Part shown: positions 63,661 through 64,000 of the stretch, piece after piece
Position numbering within the stretch: the first letter of the stretch is position 1
Layout of the letters: each line of letters opens with the position of its first letter
Source of the DNA: Squalus acanthias
Taxonomy: Eukaryota
DNA length: 64,000 nucleotides
Direction of reading: 5' to 3'
NCBI GenBank assembly: GCA_030390025.1
Contig: CM059432.1
Span: 145,764,001 to 145,828,000 of the forward strand
Made by a program: the position numbers and the translations under genes
The notes under the pieces: generated by a model
The model's input: the letters and a program-made list of their open reading frames with translations, nothing else
Told to the model about the DNA's origin: nothing
Databases searched by the model: none

Positions 63661-64000
63661 TACTCTCGTTCCTGTATTCTGGTACATGTATTATTAGATC
63701 CCGAGTTCACACAACAAAATTAGGACACAAATTTTATGAGTTATGAAATACATCCATTGAATAAAAAGGATAAAACACTAAAAATGTAAATAAATTGCTA
63801 CCAATCTAAAGTAGAAGGAAGTGAACAGCTTCTGAAGGCAATACCAAAAAAGCTTAGGGGAGTAAAGCATTTCCTATTGCCTATGTTACCACAGAGTGAT
63901 TTAAAAATGTAATAAGCTATGCCCTGGACCAGGGACTTGTCTTTTCATGGGCTGCAAAGGTGAGAAATTTTGCCTTGGGGGGTCACATAAAAAGTTCCCC

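Noticed and set aside
1..64000. CRISPR arrays, prokaryotic operons or defence systems, rRNA, snoRNA/miRNA, endogenous non-retroviral virus genes
   Set aside because: The sequence is a spliced vertebrate locus. I saw no regularly spaced repeats or recognisable motifs for these, although small ncRNAs could be missed without a covariance search.

Overview
Eukaryotic vertebrate DNA, almost certainly a cartilaginous fish (shark), judged from HER1/CR1 LINEs, HE1-like V-SINE, Deu-SINE and Penelope repeats; the species cannot be named from this alone. The window holds two convergent genes. KBTBD2 (+) appears complete: CpG-island promoter and candidate non-coding exon 1 at ~10.5-10.7 kb, coding exons 28794-28963, 34762-34927 and 40714-42252, 624 aa. 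AVL9 (-) contributes its last four coding exons (62286-62403, 55558-55611, 48854-48942, 46177-46292). Most other sequence is retroelements and non-autonomous DNA transposons: two CR1-group families, L2, RTE, Tx1, Vingi-like, Penelope-like, DIRS, a Gypsy relic, several SINEs and Harbinger/hAT-like MITEs. I found no clear evidence for a wholly new biological system. The most notable items are a multi-layer nested transposon stack at 0.6-8.2 kb whose order can be read from target-site duplications (TSDs) and reading-frame continuity, minimal hammerhead ribozyme motifs in Penelope terminal repeats, a tail-swapped V-SINE, a uORF-dense KBTBD2 leader, and convergent 3'UTRs with bidirectional poly(A) hexamers. 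All family calls come from motif recognition by eye; repeat boundaries are approximate unless a TSD or TIR is cited.
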